In this document: piece by piece, positions 30,444-41,078 of the stretch | Layout of the letters: every line of letters starts with the position of its first letter | Numbering within the stretch: the stretch's first letter is position 1 | Assembly: GCA_029934515.1 (NCBI GenBank) | Contig: JAOZMB010000001.1 | Span: forward strand, 1 to 62,300 | Source: Bacteroidales bacterium | GTDB taxonomy: Bacteria; Bacteroidota; Bacteroidia; Bacteroidales; JAADGE01 | Direction of reading: 5' to 3' | Length of the DNA: 62,300 nucleotides | Program-made: the position numbers and the translations under genes | Notes under the pieces: generated by a model | What the model saw: the letters and a program-made list of their open reading frames with translations, nothing else | The model's database searches: none | What the model was told of the DNA's origin: nothing

Positions 30444-31817
30444 ATGAAAATTGCTGATTTTTTTTTAATAAAATCGAGAAATGAATCTTTTATAATTCAG
30501 TTAAAATCGAAAATACTTTTATATCTGAGCCTTGCCGGTGTAGGGCTTTCTATAATATATTTTTTTATATCTGTAATTAAAAACAATGGATTATTTGGAA
30601 AAAGTATAATGCCTGTTTTAATAATAATAATTTTGGTTGTTGTTCTTATTTTGTTAAGAATAATAAGTTACAAAGTTGCAGGGAATTTTATTTCAATAGT
30701 ATTGGTTGTCAGCCAAATGATTTCAATTTTCCCATCTTTTTCAGCGGAACAACCTTTTGAACTATTTATTGATGAGTTTTATTTTTCAGTAGCTTTTTTA
30801 GTTGCATCGGCACTATTTTCAACTGAAATAGTGTTACTTTTTAATTCAATATTCATTATTGTTGTTTCGGCTGTATCCTACTATATGTTTAAAGATTATT
30901 ATTCTGGAAAAACAGAAGAACTTGCAGGATTTGCCTTTTGGAATTATGAATTTATGATTATAACTATTTCAATAACTTTATTTGGGATTCAAAAAATATT
31001 TAATAAAGCTATCGAACAAATAAAAAAAGAAAGTAAATTGCGTGCCAAACAAAACCAACAAATGAAACAAGTAGCCAAGAAAGTAAAAATTAGCACAGTA
31101 AATCTGAACGAAGCAAGCAGTCAATTATCGGCAATTTCACAACAAATATCACAAAACGCAAACAATCAAGCCTCAATAACAGAAGAAGTATCATCTTCGA
31201 TGGAGCAAATTCTGACTATGATAAATTCAAATATAAAAAATGCAGAAATTACTGGTCGAGTATCAAATAAATCTGCAAATGAAATGAAACAAAGCAATGA
31301 AATTTTTGTAAAAACAATAAATATGGTCTTCGAAATTAGCAAAAAAATTACTATAATTTCAGATATTGCGAATAAAACAGATATTTTATCAATAAATGCG
31401 GCTATTGAAGCAGCAAGAGCTGGAAAAGCTGGAAAAGGCTTCTCTGTTATTGCAAAAGAAATTAGAAATCTTGCCGATAAAACAAAAAAAGTATCTGTTA
31501 GAATAACGGAACTATCAAAAAAGGGACAAGAAATTTCTAAAATCGCTGAAAAAAAACTTGAAAAAGCAATCCCTGAAATAATAAAAAATGCAAAACTTGT
31601 AAATAACATCGTCTTAGCTGGAAAAGAACAACAAAGCGGTGTTGAAAATATAAATAACTCAATTCAACAACTGACAGAAATAACAAATGAAAATTCAGCA
31701 TCTGCAGAAGAAATGTCGGAATCGGCAGAAAAATTATCGGCGCAAGCAAAACAGTTAAAAGAATTGATTAATTTTTTTAATACAAATACAAATACAAATA
31801 TAAATAAAAATAAATAA
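30444..31817 (+). CDS. methyl-accepting chemotaxis protein-like transducer with multi-pass membrane N-terminus
   Basis: The highly conserved MCP signalling hairpin [43 protein letters not shown]. The N-terminal ~190 aa form about 5-6 TM helices. No HAMP domain is evident. Confidence 0.8.
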   Translation: MKIADFFLIKSRNESFIIQLKSKILLYLSLAGVGLSIIYFFISVIKNNGLFGKSIMPVLIIIILVVVLILLRIISYKVAGNFISIVLVVSQMISIFPSFSAEQPFELFIDEFYFSVAFLVASALFSTEIVLLFNSIFIIVVSAVSYYMFKDYYSGKTEELAGFAFWNYEFMIITISITLFGIQKIFNKAIEQIKKESKLRAKQNQQMKQVAKKVKISTVNLNEASSQLSAISQQISQNANNQASITEEVSSSMEQILTMINSNIKNAEITGRVSNKSANEMKQSNEIFVKTINMVFEISKKITIISDIANKTDILSINAAIEAARAGKAGKGFSVIAKEIRNLADKTKKVSVRITELSKKGQEISKIAEKKLEKAIPEIIKNAKLVNNIVLAGKEQQSGVENINNSIQQLTEITNENSASAEEMSESAEKLSAQAKQLKELINFFNTNTNTNINKNK

Positions 31818-31834
31818 AAATTAACAAATTGATT

Positions 31835-33613
31835 ATGAGATTTATTTTAATTTTAATATTTTCGGTTTTCTTTTTGGGAGAAGCATATACGCAGGCAGAG
31901 ATTACTGAAAAAGAATTATTCAAACATGTAGAGTTCCTCGCATCAGATGATTTGAAAGGAAGAAAAGCCGGAACAAAAGAAGGAAAAAAATCCGCAGAAT
32001 ATATAAGAGACAGGTTTAAAGAATGCGGAACTGAATTATTGGGAAAATCTGGATTTCAATATTTTGAAATATTGACAGCAGTCAAAGCTGGTAAAGGTAA
32101 CTATCTGAAAGTAGGAAATTTCTCAGCCAAAACTTTTGAAGATAATGCTCCGTTTTCTTTTTCTGGAAACGGCAAACTAAACTCAAAAGTAGTTTTTGTA
32201 GGATATGGTTTTGATATTGATACAGAAGATATTAAATGGAACGATTACAAAGGAGTAAACGTAAAAGGCAAATGGGTGATGATTTTACGAGGAGACCCAG
32301 AGATGAAAAACAGAAAAAGTAAATTTATTCCTTACAGCTCAGATAGAGGAAAAGTTTTGACAGCTATTGATAAAGGAGCAGCAGGTGTTTTGTTTGTTTC
32401 AGGAAAAACTTTTGATGAAAAAGATAAATTGCCAGAACTGAAAGTTGGTAGAGGAAACGCACAAATGAAAATTCCTGTTATGCAAATAAAAAACAATATT
32501 GCAAATAAAATACTAACAAAAAAAGGTGAAAAAATTGAAGAACTGGAAAATTTACTTATAAAAAATTTAAAACCACATTCTTTTAAAACAAATATAAAAG
32601 TAAATGCTGGAACAAATATTATATATGTAATGAATAAAACTCAAAATGTTATTGCATTATTAAAAGGTTCAGACCCGAAATTGAAAAATGAATTTATTAT
32701 TGTTGGCGGTCATTATGACCATCTCGGTATGGGCGGCAAGGGTTCAGGTTCTCGCAAACCAGATACTGTGGCTGTGCATAACGGCGCAGATGATAATGCT
32801 TCTGGTATAGCTTCGATAATAGAAATTGCAGAGAAATTTGCCGTTAGAAAATCAAGAACAAAAAGGTCAATAATTTTTATGGCATTCGGGGCAGAAGAAA
32901 TAGGTCTACTCGGCTCCGCATATTTTGCTAATAATCCGCTGATAAATTTATCAAAAGTTTATGCTATGATAAATCTTGATATGGTTGGTAAATTAGACAA
33001 AAAGAAACCAGAAATAACAATCGCCGGAACAGGAACAGCAAAAGAATTTAATAAATTTCTGAAAAATTATGAAAAGAAAAGTAAAATAAAATTTAAATAT
33101 TCACCCAGCGGATACGGTGCATCAGACCATTCTTCGTTCTATACAAAAGAAATTCCTGTTCTTTTTTTTAACACTGGCGCACATCAGGATTATCATACAC
33201 CAGAAGACGACATCGAATTTCTAAACTTTAAAGGTCAAAAGAAAATAAGCGATTTAATTTATGATGTTACTTATTCGCTTGCCGAGAGTAGAGATAAACT
33301 AACTTTTCAGGAGGCTGGAGTCAAAGAAGGACGAAGGTCTAGTCGTGGATTTAAAGTTACACTCGGTATTATGCCAAGTTATGGTAGCACAGAACAGAAA
33401 GGTCTAAAAATCGACGGGGTTACAAAAGGAAAATCAGCCGATATAGGAGGTATGAAAAAAGGAGATATTATTACAGCAATAGACGGTAAAGAAATATCAA
33501 ATATATACGACTACATGGAAAGACTCGGCAAATTAAAACACGGACAAATAATAAACGTTGACGTAAATAGAAACAATAAAAAAGTCGTTCTACGAATACA
33601 ATTGATTGAATAA
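31835..33613 (+). CDS. M28 family metallopeptidase with PA domain and C-terminal PDZ domain
   Basis: GGHYDHLG, NGADDNASG, FGAEEIGLLGS, NLDMVG and SDHSSF zinc-ligand blocks. C-terminal PDZ-like GMKKGDIITAIDGKEI. The ATG at 31835 is preferred to the TTG at 31829. Confidence 0.85.
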   Translation: MRFILILIFSVFFLGEAYTQAEITEKELFKHVEFLASDDLKGRKAGTKEGKKSAEYIRDRFKECGTELLGKSGFQYFEILTAVKAGKGNYLKVGNFSAKTFEDNAPFSFSGNGKLNSKVVFVGYGFDIDTEDIKWNDYKGVNVKGKWVMILRGDPEMKNRKSKFIPYSSDRGKVLTAIDKGAAGVLFVSGKTFDEKDKLPELKVGRGNAQMKIPVMQIKNNIANKILTKKGEKIEELENLLIKNLKPHSFKTNIKVNAGTNIIYVMNKTQNVIALLKGSDPKLKNEFIIVGGHYDHLGMGGKGSGSRKPDTVAVHNGADDNASGIASIIEIAEKFAVRKSRTKRSIIFMAFGAEEIGLLGSAYFANNPLINLSKVYAMINLDMVGKLDKKKPEITIAGTGTAKEFNKFLKNYEKKSKIKFKYSPSGYGASDHSSFYTKEIPVLFFNTGAHQDYHTPEDDIEFLNFKGQKKISDLIYDVTYSLAESRDKLTFQEAGVKEGRRSSRGFKVTLGIMPSYGSTEQKGLKIDGVTKGKSADIGGMKKGDIITAIDGKEISNIYDYMERLGKLKHGQIINVDVNRNNKKVVLRIQLIE

Positions 33614-33649
33614 ATAATTCAGAACGACAGAATATTTTCATTTTAAGAG

Positions 33650-33680
33650 CGTATCACAACATAATGTGATACGTTTGTTT
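33650..33680 (+). terminator. rho-independent terminator after the M28 peptidase gene
   Basis: CGTATCACA-acataa-TGTGATACG, a perfect 9-bp stem, followed by TTTGTTT. Confidence 0.6.
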
Positions 33681-33730
33681 ACAATTTTTTAAAATTTATT
33701 TATTCATTTAATTTTTATAATCAAATAAAT

Positions 33731-34588
33731 ATGAAAAAAAATCCAACTTATAGATTAATACTTATTTGGGCTTTGGCATCGGTGGTGACACTTGGTGCTA
33801 TTGCATATCAGAAATTAACAGGACCAACATATCCCAAAAGAGAAAAAGTAAGCATCAACAATAAAGAATATAAACTTAAATTTCTAAGGAGCCACGGCGG
33901 AGATGACAATGCAAAAATAGAGTTAGATATTGACGATGCTGAAACAAATGCAAAAATATTTTATAAAAATTATCCAGAAGAAAAAGATAAAGATTGGATA
34001 GTTGTTGATTTTGTTAGTTCCAAGAAAGAAGACAAAAATATTCTTGTCGCAGAATTGCCACATCAAAAACCTGCTGGAAAACTTATGTATTTTGTAGAAA
34101 TAAGTAACAATTCTGATGTAAAATTATTTTTTAAAGAAAAACCTATTATTATAAGATTCAAAGGAGATGTACCAGCGTGGATTTTGGTTCCACACATTAT
34201 ATTTATGTTCTTCGGAATGTTGATTGCCAATGCCGCTGGATTATTTGCAGTATTTAATATGTCGCAGTTCAAATTATACACAACAATAACATTAATACTT
34301 CTTTTCTTAGGTGGCATGGTTCTCGGTCCGATTGTTCAAAAATTCGCTTTTCTTGAATACTGGGCAGGCGTTCCATTTGGTTGGGATTTGACTGATAACA
34401 AACTACTTGTTGCATTTATTGCATGGATAGTTGCATTTATTGCAAACAGAAAAGTCGAAAGAAGATATTTCACAATAGCGGCTGCGATAATAACTGTTAT
34501 TATTTTTTCGATACCACACAGTATGCATGGTTCTGAACTTGACAGAGCAACAGGAGATATAACACAGGGTCTGATTTTACTATTTTAA
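33731..34588 (+). CDS. membrane protein, function unknown (285 aa)
   Basis: N-terminal TM helix, an ~130 aa soluble region, then about four TM helices. No family recognised. Confidence 0.5.
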   Translation: MKKNPTYRLILIWALASVVTLGAIAYQKLTGPTYPKREKVSINNKEYKLKFLRSHGGDDNAKIELDIDDAETNAKIFYKNYPEEKDKDWIVVDFVSSKKEDKNILVAELPHQKPAGKLMYFVEISNNSDVKLFFKEKPIIIRFKGDVPAWILVPHIIFMFFGMLIANAAGLFAVFNMSQFKLYTTITLILLFLGGMVLGPIVQKFAFLEYWAGVPFGWDLTDNKLLVAFIAWIVAFIANRKVERRYFTIAAAIITVIIFSIPHSMHGSELDRATGDITQGLILLF

Positions 34589-34681
34589 ATATAATTTTTT
34601 TCTTGAATATTGATACGATGCTGTCAAAGTATTCGTATCAATTTAAGATAAATAAAATTAATAAAACTAAATAAAATAAAG

Positions 34682-36463
34682 ATGACGAATAAAATAATTA
34701 AAGGCGGTGAGTTTTTGGTAAAAGAGACCTCTTTTGAGGATATTTTTATACCAGAAGAGTTTAATGAAGAGCAAGATATGACTGCAAATATGTGTCGTGA
34801 TTTTGTAAACAAAGAAATACTTCCAAAAATTGATGACTTGGATAAGCATGACCCAGCATTACTTTTGAAATTGTTAAAAAGTGCTGGTGAGATGGGTTTA
34901 TTTGGAATTTCAATTCCAGAAGAATATGACGGTTTTGGACAAAATTTTGTAACTTCAATGCGAGCTATCGAAGAGATAGGAAGAGCATTTTCGTATGCAG
35001 TTGCGTTTTCGGCACACACTGGAATAGGAACTTTACCAATATTATATTACGGCAACGAGACACAAAAACAAAAATATGTTACCAAACTTGCAACAGGTGA
35101 ATATATTGGTGCTTATTGCCTTACGGAGCCAGAAGCTGGTTCAGATGCAAACTCTGGAAAGTCAAAAGCAATAATTAGCGAAGATAAAAAATATTATACC
35201 TTAAACGGTGTAAAAAGTTGGATAACAAATGGAGGTGTTGCTGATATTCATATTGTATTTGCAAAAATAAATGATGATAAAAACTTATCTGCATTCATTG
35301 TTGAAAGCAATTGGGAAGGTGTAATTCTCGGAGCTGAAGAAGAGAAGATGGGAATAAAAGGTTCTTCAACAGTTCAGGTATATTATAACGATGTTAAAAT
35401 ACCTGTTGAAAATTTGCTTGGCAAACGAAACGGAGGATTTAAAATAGCTCTAAATATACTAAATATAGGACGTATTAAACTTGGCGGTGCGTGTATAGGT
35501 GCTGCTAAGGGTGTGATTACAAGTTCTGTTACTTATGCAAATGAGAGGAAACAATTTAAAACTCCTATTGCACAATTCGGAGCTATAAAACATAAACTCG
35601 CCGAAATGGCAATAAGAGTTTTTGCCTGTGAGTCTCTTATTTATCGTGCAAGCCAAAATATTGAAGACGCTACTCAACAATATATAGATGAAGGAATGGA
35701 CAAGAACGCCGCTTCTCTGGAAGGACTTCGTCAGTATGCGATAGAGTCATCTATTGCGAAAGTTTACAGTTCTGAGGTCTTGGATTATGTTGTAGATGAG
35801 GGTGTTCAGATATATGGAGGCATTGGTTATTCTGCCGAAACAGATGTAGAAAGAGCCTATCGAGATTCTCGTATTAATCGTATTTTTGAAGGAACAAACG
35901 AAATTAATAGAATGGTGATGGTCGGCGAATTACTGAAACGAGCTTTTAAAGGAGAGATTGATATTATCAGACCTGCCACAGAAGTTGGAAAAGAACTTAT
36001 GGGTATTCCAGATTTTGGCGATACGACACAGGATTATTTTGAATTAAAAAAGAAAGCTATCAAAAATTTCAAAAAAGCAATATTGATGGTTTCCGGTTCG
36101 GCAGCACAAAAATATATGGACAAATTACAAGACGAGCAGGAGCTTCTTTTCGTTGCCGCCGATATGCTTATGTTTACTTATGCTGCCGAGTCGTTTATGC
36201 TTCGTGTTGAAAAACTTGAAAACATAAGAGGAGAAGACCGTATGGAACTACAAAAACTTATGCTTGATGTTTATTTTTACGATATTGCAGCAGCCATAAA
36301 AAAACTCGGCGATGATGCTTTACATTCGTTTGCAGAGGGTAACGAAAAAATGGGAATGCTCATGGGAATGAAACGTTTCACAAAAGTTGAAGGTATAAAT
36401 GTTATTGCAGCACGTAGAAAAATTGCAGATAAAATTATTGATGCAAATAAATATCCATTCTGA
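34682..36463 (+). CDS. long-form acyl-CoA dehydrogenase family protein (593 aa)
   Basis: YCLTEPEAGSDA, SWITNGG, RIFEGTNEINR and the characteristic ~180 aa C-terminal extension of VLCAD/ACAD9-like enzymes. Confidence 0.9.
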   Translation: MTNKIIKGGEFLVKETSFEDIFIPEEFNEEQDMTANMCRDFVNKEILPKIDDLDKHDPALLLKLLKSAGEMGLFGISIPEEYDGFGQNFVTSMRAIEEIGRAFSYAVAFSAHTGIGTLPILYYGNETQKQKYVTKLATGEYIGAYCLTEPEAGSDANSGKSKAIISEDKKYYTLNGVKSWITNGGVADIHIVFAKINDDKNLSAFIVESNWEGVILGAEEEKMGIKGSSTVQVYYNDVKIPVENLLGKRNGGFKIALNILNIGRIKLGGACIGAAKGVITSSVTYANERKQFKTPIAQFGAIKHKLAEMAIRVFACESLIYRASQNIEDATQQYIDEGMDKNAASLEGLRQYAIESSIAKVYSSEVLDYVVDEGVQIYGGIGYSAETDVERAYRDSRINRIFEGTNEINRMVMVGELLKRAFKGEIDIIRPATEVGKELMGIPDFGDTTQDYFELKKKAIKNFKKAILMVSGSAAQKYMDKLQDEQELLFVAADMLMFTYAAESFMLRVEKLENIRGEDRMELQKLMLDVYFYDIAAAIKKLGDDALHSFAEGNEKMGMLMGMKRFTKVEGINVIAARRKIADKIIDANKYPF

Positions 36464-36487
36464 TAATTATTTATATTAAATATAAAA

Positions 36488-36530
36488 AAAATCTGTGTTC
36501 CTGTCATAGAATAATAGGAATACAGATTTT
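36488..36530 (+). terminator. hairpin downstream of the acyl-CoA dehydrogenase gene (probable terminator), related to the GGAACAC repeat family
   Basis: AAAATCTGTGTTCCT-gtcatagaataat-AGGAATACAGATTTT, a 15-bp stem with one G-U, T-rich 3' side. The right arm (ATAGAATAATAGGAATAC) matches the core of the 16971/23635 element. Confidence 0.5.
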
Positions 36531-36624
36531 AATAATTTGTGTATCACAACCTTTCAGATTGTAAAATCAGCAAACAAACTATTGATAATCGATTACACTA
36601 CTTGTAATTTTACTTGATTAGAAA

Positions 36625-36854
36625 TCGTTAAAAAATTAAAGGATTTACATATAAACTGCGAAAAGGAAAAACCAAAATCAAAACTCCGCAGAGATAAAAT
36701 TACCAACGAAATAATTCTTGATAAAAATACTAAAATAAAAGGTATTCCAGATATTGTTTCTGATTATAAACTCGGTAGCTGTTTGGCAATAGACTGGATA
36801 CTTGACCAATACAAAGAGAAAAATTTAACACCTACAAATTTGCCGACTACAAAA
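36625..36854 (+). pseudogene. 3'-terminal remnant of a paralogous type-ISP/MmeI-like R-M gene
   Basis: The nucleotide and protein sequence (LHINCEKEKPKSKLRRDKITNEIILDKNTKIKGIPDIVSDYKLGSCLAIDWILDQYKEK) parallels 39624-39924 of the intact gene. There is no start codon. A 28-nt deletion bounded by AGAGAAAAA repeats shifts the frame. Confidence 0.75.
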
Positions 36855-36874
36855 TCAAAAAGAATAAAAAAATT

Positions 36875-39800
36875 ATGTCAAAACAATCTATTACAAATTA
36901 TTACAATAAATTAGACCAATATAAACTTTACGGCGGGACAGGAAACGAGAGTAGTATTCGCCGTGCTTTTGCAAATCTTTTAGAAGATTATTGTATAAAG
37001 AAAAAATTAATTCTAGTGGACGAGTTGCATCTGAAAAATTCTACGAAAATACCAGACGGAACAGTAAGAGATGCTCTACAACAAGATTGGGGACACTGGG
37101 AAAGTAAAGACGAGAAAGATATTCTTGATGATGCGATTGAAAAGAAATTTGCAATTGGTTATCCGCAAGATAATATAATTTTTGAAAATTCAAAAGAAAT
37201 AATATTAATACAAAAATCAGAAGAAGTTATGCGCGGAAGTATGCGGGATTCTTCTTTTTTGAATAGAATTTTAATTGAATTTACAAATTATCAACATCCC
37301 GAAATTACAAATTTCCATAATGCAATAGAAAAATTTAAACAAAATGTCCCAGATATTTTGGAGATTCTGCGGACTATGATATCTGAGCAGGCAGTAAAAA
37401 ATCCGAAATTCAAAAAAGCGAGAAAAGATTTTTGGAAAATATGCAAAGATAGTATTAATTCAGAAATATCAGCTTTTGATATTCGCGAAATGCTAATACA
37501 ACACATCCTTACACATGAAATTTTTACAACTATTTTTGATGATGCAGATTTTCACAGAGAGAATAATATCGCTCAACAATTGCAAGCGCTTGTTGATACT
37601 TTTTTTACAAGAACGATTAAAAAAAACACTCTTTCTAAGATAGATACTTATTATAAAACGATAAAAAAAGCAGCCGCTGGAATAAGTAATCATCACGAGA
37701 AGCAAAAATTTCTGAAAGTTATTTATGAAAATTTTTACAAATCATATAATCCAAAAGGTGCTGACAGGCTTGGTATTGTTTACACGCCAAATGAGATTGT
37801 TAAATTTATGATTGAAAGCACTGATTATTTGCTTGACAAACATTTTGGAAAACAATTACAAGACAAAAATGTAGAAATCCTTGACCCCGCAACAGGAACT
37901 GGAACGTATATTACAGATATTATTGAACATATACCAACTCAGTATCTTGAATATAAATACAAAAATGAAATCCATTGCAACGAACTTGCAATATTGCCGT
38001 ATTATATTGCAAACCTGAATATTGAATATACATATATGCAGAAGATGCAACACTACGAGCCGTTTAATAATATTGTTTTTGTTGATACTCTTGAAAATTT
38101 TGGCTTCTCTTATGAAGGAAAACAAGAAGATATTTTTAATTTTTCTATCGAAAATTTATTAAGAATTAAGAAACAAAATAAGAGTAAAATATCTGTTATT
38201 ATTGGCAATCCTCCTTATAATGCAAATCAGCAAAATGAAAATGATAATAATAAAAACCGAGAATATCCAGAAATTGATAAACGGATAAAAAATACTTATG
38301 TAAAATATAGCACAGCACAAAAGACGAAAGTTTATGATATGTATTCGCGATTTTATCGTTGGGCAAGCGACAGAATTGATAAGAACGGAATAATTGCATT
38401 TATAACAAATCGCTCGTTTATTGAAAGTAGAACTTTTGACGGTTTTAGGAAAATTGTAGAGCAAGAATTTGATTTTGTATATATTATTGATACACAAAGC
38501 GATGTTCGTAAAAATCCAAAAATCGCTGGAACTTCGCATAATGTTTTTGGAATACAAACAGGAGTTGCAATTATGTTTTTAATTAAAAATAATTTAGATG
38601 AAAGAATAAAGGCTAATATTAGATATTATACTCTAACTGATAAAATGTTAAAAAAAGAAAAACTTGATTGGTTATCAGAGAATCCACTAAAATATATTCC
38701 TTTTGAAATAATTAAACCAGATAAATATAATAACTGGTTAAATATTCCTGATAATGATTTTGATGAACTTTTGCCTATTGCAGATAAAGAAACAAAACTT
38801 GCAAAAAATAAAGTAAATGAAAAAGCTATTTTTAAGTTGTTTTCAAATGGAGTTGTAACAGCAAGAGACGAATGGGTTTATGATTTTGATAAAAAAAACT
38901 TGAAATCGAAAGTCGAATTTTTTATCAATTCTTTCTTGTTTGAAAAAGAGCGTTGGAAAAAATCAAATAAAAAACAAAAAATTGCTGATTTCTTGAAAAG
39001 AGATATAAAATTTTCAGATACATTAAAGAAACATTTATTGAAAATTGCAGAATTAGAAGAAACATTGACCTATTTACAGAACTTACCTCCTAATGGAAAG
39101 CGAAAAAAAATAAAAGAGTTAAAACAAAAACTACTTCCATACAAAGATTTTAGGTTTAAAAGAAATAAAATAAAAATAAATAATTATCGTCCTTTTATCA
39201 AGCAATTTTATTATGCTGAAAAGATTTTAAGTGATAGATTAACACAAAACCATTACGCTATTTTTGGCAACGAATTAAATAAAGAAAACAAAGTAATAGG
39301 TATTATGGGAGTTGGAATAGATAGAAAATATTTTACGATTGCCGTAGATAAAATAATAGATTTACAATTTATACCTAATGGACAATCTTTACCTCTCTAC
39401 ACTTACGACAAGTCTGGTAATCGCATAGAAAATATAACTGATTGGGGTTTAGAACAATTTACAAATCATTATAAAACCGCAAAAATCAGCAAATTAGATA
39501 TTTTTAATTATACTTATGGTGTTTTAAACAATCCAGCATATCGCAAAAAATATGAACTTAATCTGAAAAGAGAACTTCCTCGTTTGCCATTTTATAAAGA
39601 TTTTTATAAATGGGTAAATTGGGGCAAAAAATTAACGAATTTGCATATAAACTATGAAAAAATAGTAAAATACAAATTACAGATAATTGAAAATGAAAAC
39701 CCAAAAGAAAATCCGAAAGCGAAACTCCGCAGAGATAAAATTACAAACGAAATAATTCTCGATGAAAATACTATAATAAAAGGAATACCAGATATTGCTT

Positions 39801-40027
39801 TTGATTATAAACTTGGTAGCCGTTCTGCAATAGATTGGATACTTGACCAATACAAAGAGAAAAAACCGAGATACAAAACGATAAGAGAAAAATTTAACAC
39901 ATACAAATTTGCTGACTACAAAAATCATGTTATTGACTTAATACAAAGATTAACAACTGTTTCCGTAAAAACAATGGAAATAGTAAATCTGATGGAAGCC
40001 GAAGAACAGCATAATATAATTATTTAA
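36875..40027 (+). CDS. single-polypeptide restriction-modification enzyme (MmeI/type IIL-like N-terminal PD-ExK nuclease motif, gamma-class N6-adenine methyltransferase, type-ISP-like C-terminal specificity domain)
   Basis: N-terminal IPDGTV...(14 aa)...WESKD, a D...ExK nuclease motif. AdoMet motif ILDPATGTGTY. Catalytic motif IIGNPPYNANQ. The C-terminus FDYKLGSRSAIDWILDQYKEK...VIDLIQRLTTVSVKTMEIV is like type ISP C-terminal domains. No helicase domain is present. Confidence 0.75.
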   Translation: MSKQSITNYYNKLDQYKLYGGTGNESSIRRAFANLLEDYCIKKKLILVDELHLKNSTKIPDGTVRDALQQDWGHWESKDEKDILDDAIEKKFAIGYPQDNIIFENSKEIILIQKSEEVMRGSMRDSSFLNRILIEFTNYQHPEITNFHNAIEKFKQNVPDILEILRTMISEQAVKNPKFKKARKDFWKICKDSINSEISAFDIREMLIQHILTHEIFTTIFDDADFHRENNIAQQLQALVDTFFTRTIKKNTLSKIDTYYKTIKKAAAGISNHHEKQKFLKVIYENFYKSYNPKGADRLGIVYTPNEIVKFMIESTDYLLDKHFGKQLQDKNVEILDPATGTGTYITDIIEHIPTQYLEYKYKNEIHCNELAILPYYIANLNIEYTYMQKMQHYEPFNNIVFVDTLENFGFSYEGKQEDIFNFSIENLLRIKKQNKSKISVIIGNPPYNANQQNENDNNKNREYPEIDKRIKNTYVKYSTAQKTKVYDMYSRFYRWASDRIDKNGIIAFITNRSFIESRTFDGFRKIVEQEFDFVYIIDTQSDVRKNPKIAGTSHNVFGIQTGVAIMFLIKNNLDERIKANIRYYTLTDKMLKKEKLDWLSENPLKYIPFEIIKPDKYNNWLNIPDNDFDELLPIADKETKLAKNKVNEKAIFKLFSNGVVTARDEWVYDFDKKNLKSKVEFFINSFLFEKERWKKSNKKQKIADFLKRDIKFSDTLKKHLLKIAELEETLTYLQNLPPNGKRKKIKELKQKLLPYKDFRFKRNKIKINNYRPFIKQFYYAEKILSDRLTQNHYAIFGNELNKENKVIGIMGVGIDRKYFTIAVDKIIDLQFIPNGQSLPLYTYDKSGNRIENITDWGLEQFTNHYKTAKISKLDIFNYTYGVLNNPAYRKKYELNLKRELPRLPFYKDFYKWVNWGKKLTNLHINYEKIVKYKLQIIENENPKENPKAKLRRDKITNEIILDENTIIKGIPDIAFDYKLGSRSAIDWILDQYKEKKPRYKTIREKFNTYKFADYKNHVIDLIQRLTTVSVKTMEIVNLMEAEEQHNIII

Positions 40028-40189
40028 CATATTGATATTAGTTAAGTGTTTTATATTTTATATCTTTGCAAAATATATTATTTGTATTAATATTTGCCCA
40101 AATTGTTAGAGTAGAAATGTAACTAAAAATAGAGAATAGCAATAAAAAATTATACAATAAAATACAATTTTTATCATAAATAAAAAAAA

Positions 40190-41050
40190 ATGGCAGAAGA
40201 AAATACTGGATGGTTCAGTCGAATTGAAAAAGGAATAAATACCGAAACGAAGAATAAAAAAGATATTAAAGAAGGAATATGGTATAAATGTCCGAAATGT
40301 AAAAAAATTATACTTACACAAGAGCATGATATAAACCTAAATGTGTGTAACAAATGCGGTTATCATGCAAGAGTCCCAGCTGTAAAGTACTTCAAACTTC
40401 TATTTGATAATAACAAGTACAAAGAAATAAATCATCATATTTCATCAGCAGACCCGCTTGGATTCGTAGACCGCAAAAAATATAGTGCAAGACTATGGGC
40501 AAGCGAAAAAAAGACTGGTTTAAAAGATGCAATAACAACTGTTATTGGAAATATCGGTGGTCATAAAATTGTTATGGCAGCAATGAATTTTGAATTTATT
40601 GGAGGTTCTATGGGAGCTGTTGTCGGTGAAAAGTTTGCTCGTGCTGTTGATTATTGTTTAAAATATAAATTGCCATATATTGTTTTATCGAAATCTGGAG
40701 GCGCTAGAATGATGGAAGCGGCAATTTCGCTTATGCAACTTGCAAAAACATCAGCTAAATTAAACCAACTATCAAAAGCAAAATTACCTTACATTTCACT
40801 GTGTTTAGACCCAACAACAGGAGGTACAACTGCTTCATTTGCAATGCTTGGCGATATAAATATTTCAGAACCAGGCGCATTAATAGGTTTTGCAGGTCCA
40901 CGTGTTATAAAAGATACAATAGGCAAAAACCTTCCAGAAGGATTTCAAAGTGCTGAGTTCCTTCTGGAACACGGTTTTTTGGATTATATAGTTGAAAGAA
41001 AAGACCTTAAACAAAAAATAACACAACAACTAAGAATGTTTGCTAATTAA
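40190..41050 (+). CDS. accD: acetyl-CoA carboxylase carboxyltransferase subunit beta
   Basis: Zinc finger CPKCKK...CNKCGYH, then [13 protein letters not shown] and GGARMMEA blocks. 286 aa. Confidence 0.9.
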   Translation: MAEENTGWFSRIEKGINTETKNKKDIKEGIWYKCPKCKKIILTQEHDINLNVCNKCGYHARVPAVKYFKLLFDNNKYKEINHHISSADPLGFVDRKKYSARLWASEKKTGLKDAITTVIGNIGGHKIVMAAMNFEFIGGSMGAVVGEKFARAVDYCLKYKLPYIVLSKSGGARMMEAAISLMQLAKTSAKLNQLSKAKLPYISLCLDPTTGGTTASFAMLGDINISEPGALIGFAGPRVIKDTIGKNLPEGFQSAEFLLEHGFLDYIVERKDLKQKITQQLRMFAN

Positions 41051-41078
41051 TGATAATAATAAAATGTATTATATTTAT

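Noticed and set aside
2214-31834. Track start codons TTG 2214, TTG 6970, TTG 10820 and TTG 31829, which lengthen four genes.
   Set aside because: Each has an in-frame ATG a few codons downstream (2259, 6997, 10856, 31835). Those ATGs give a typical N-terminus or signal peptide. The longer forms add implausible leader residues.
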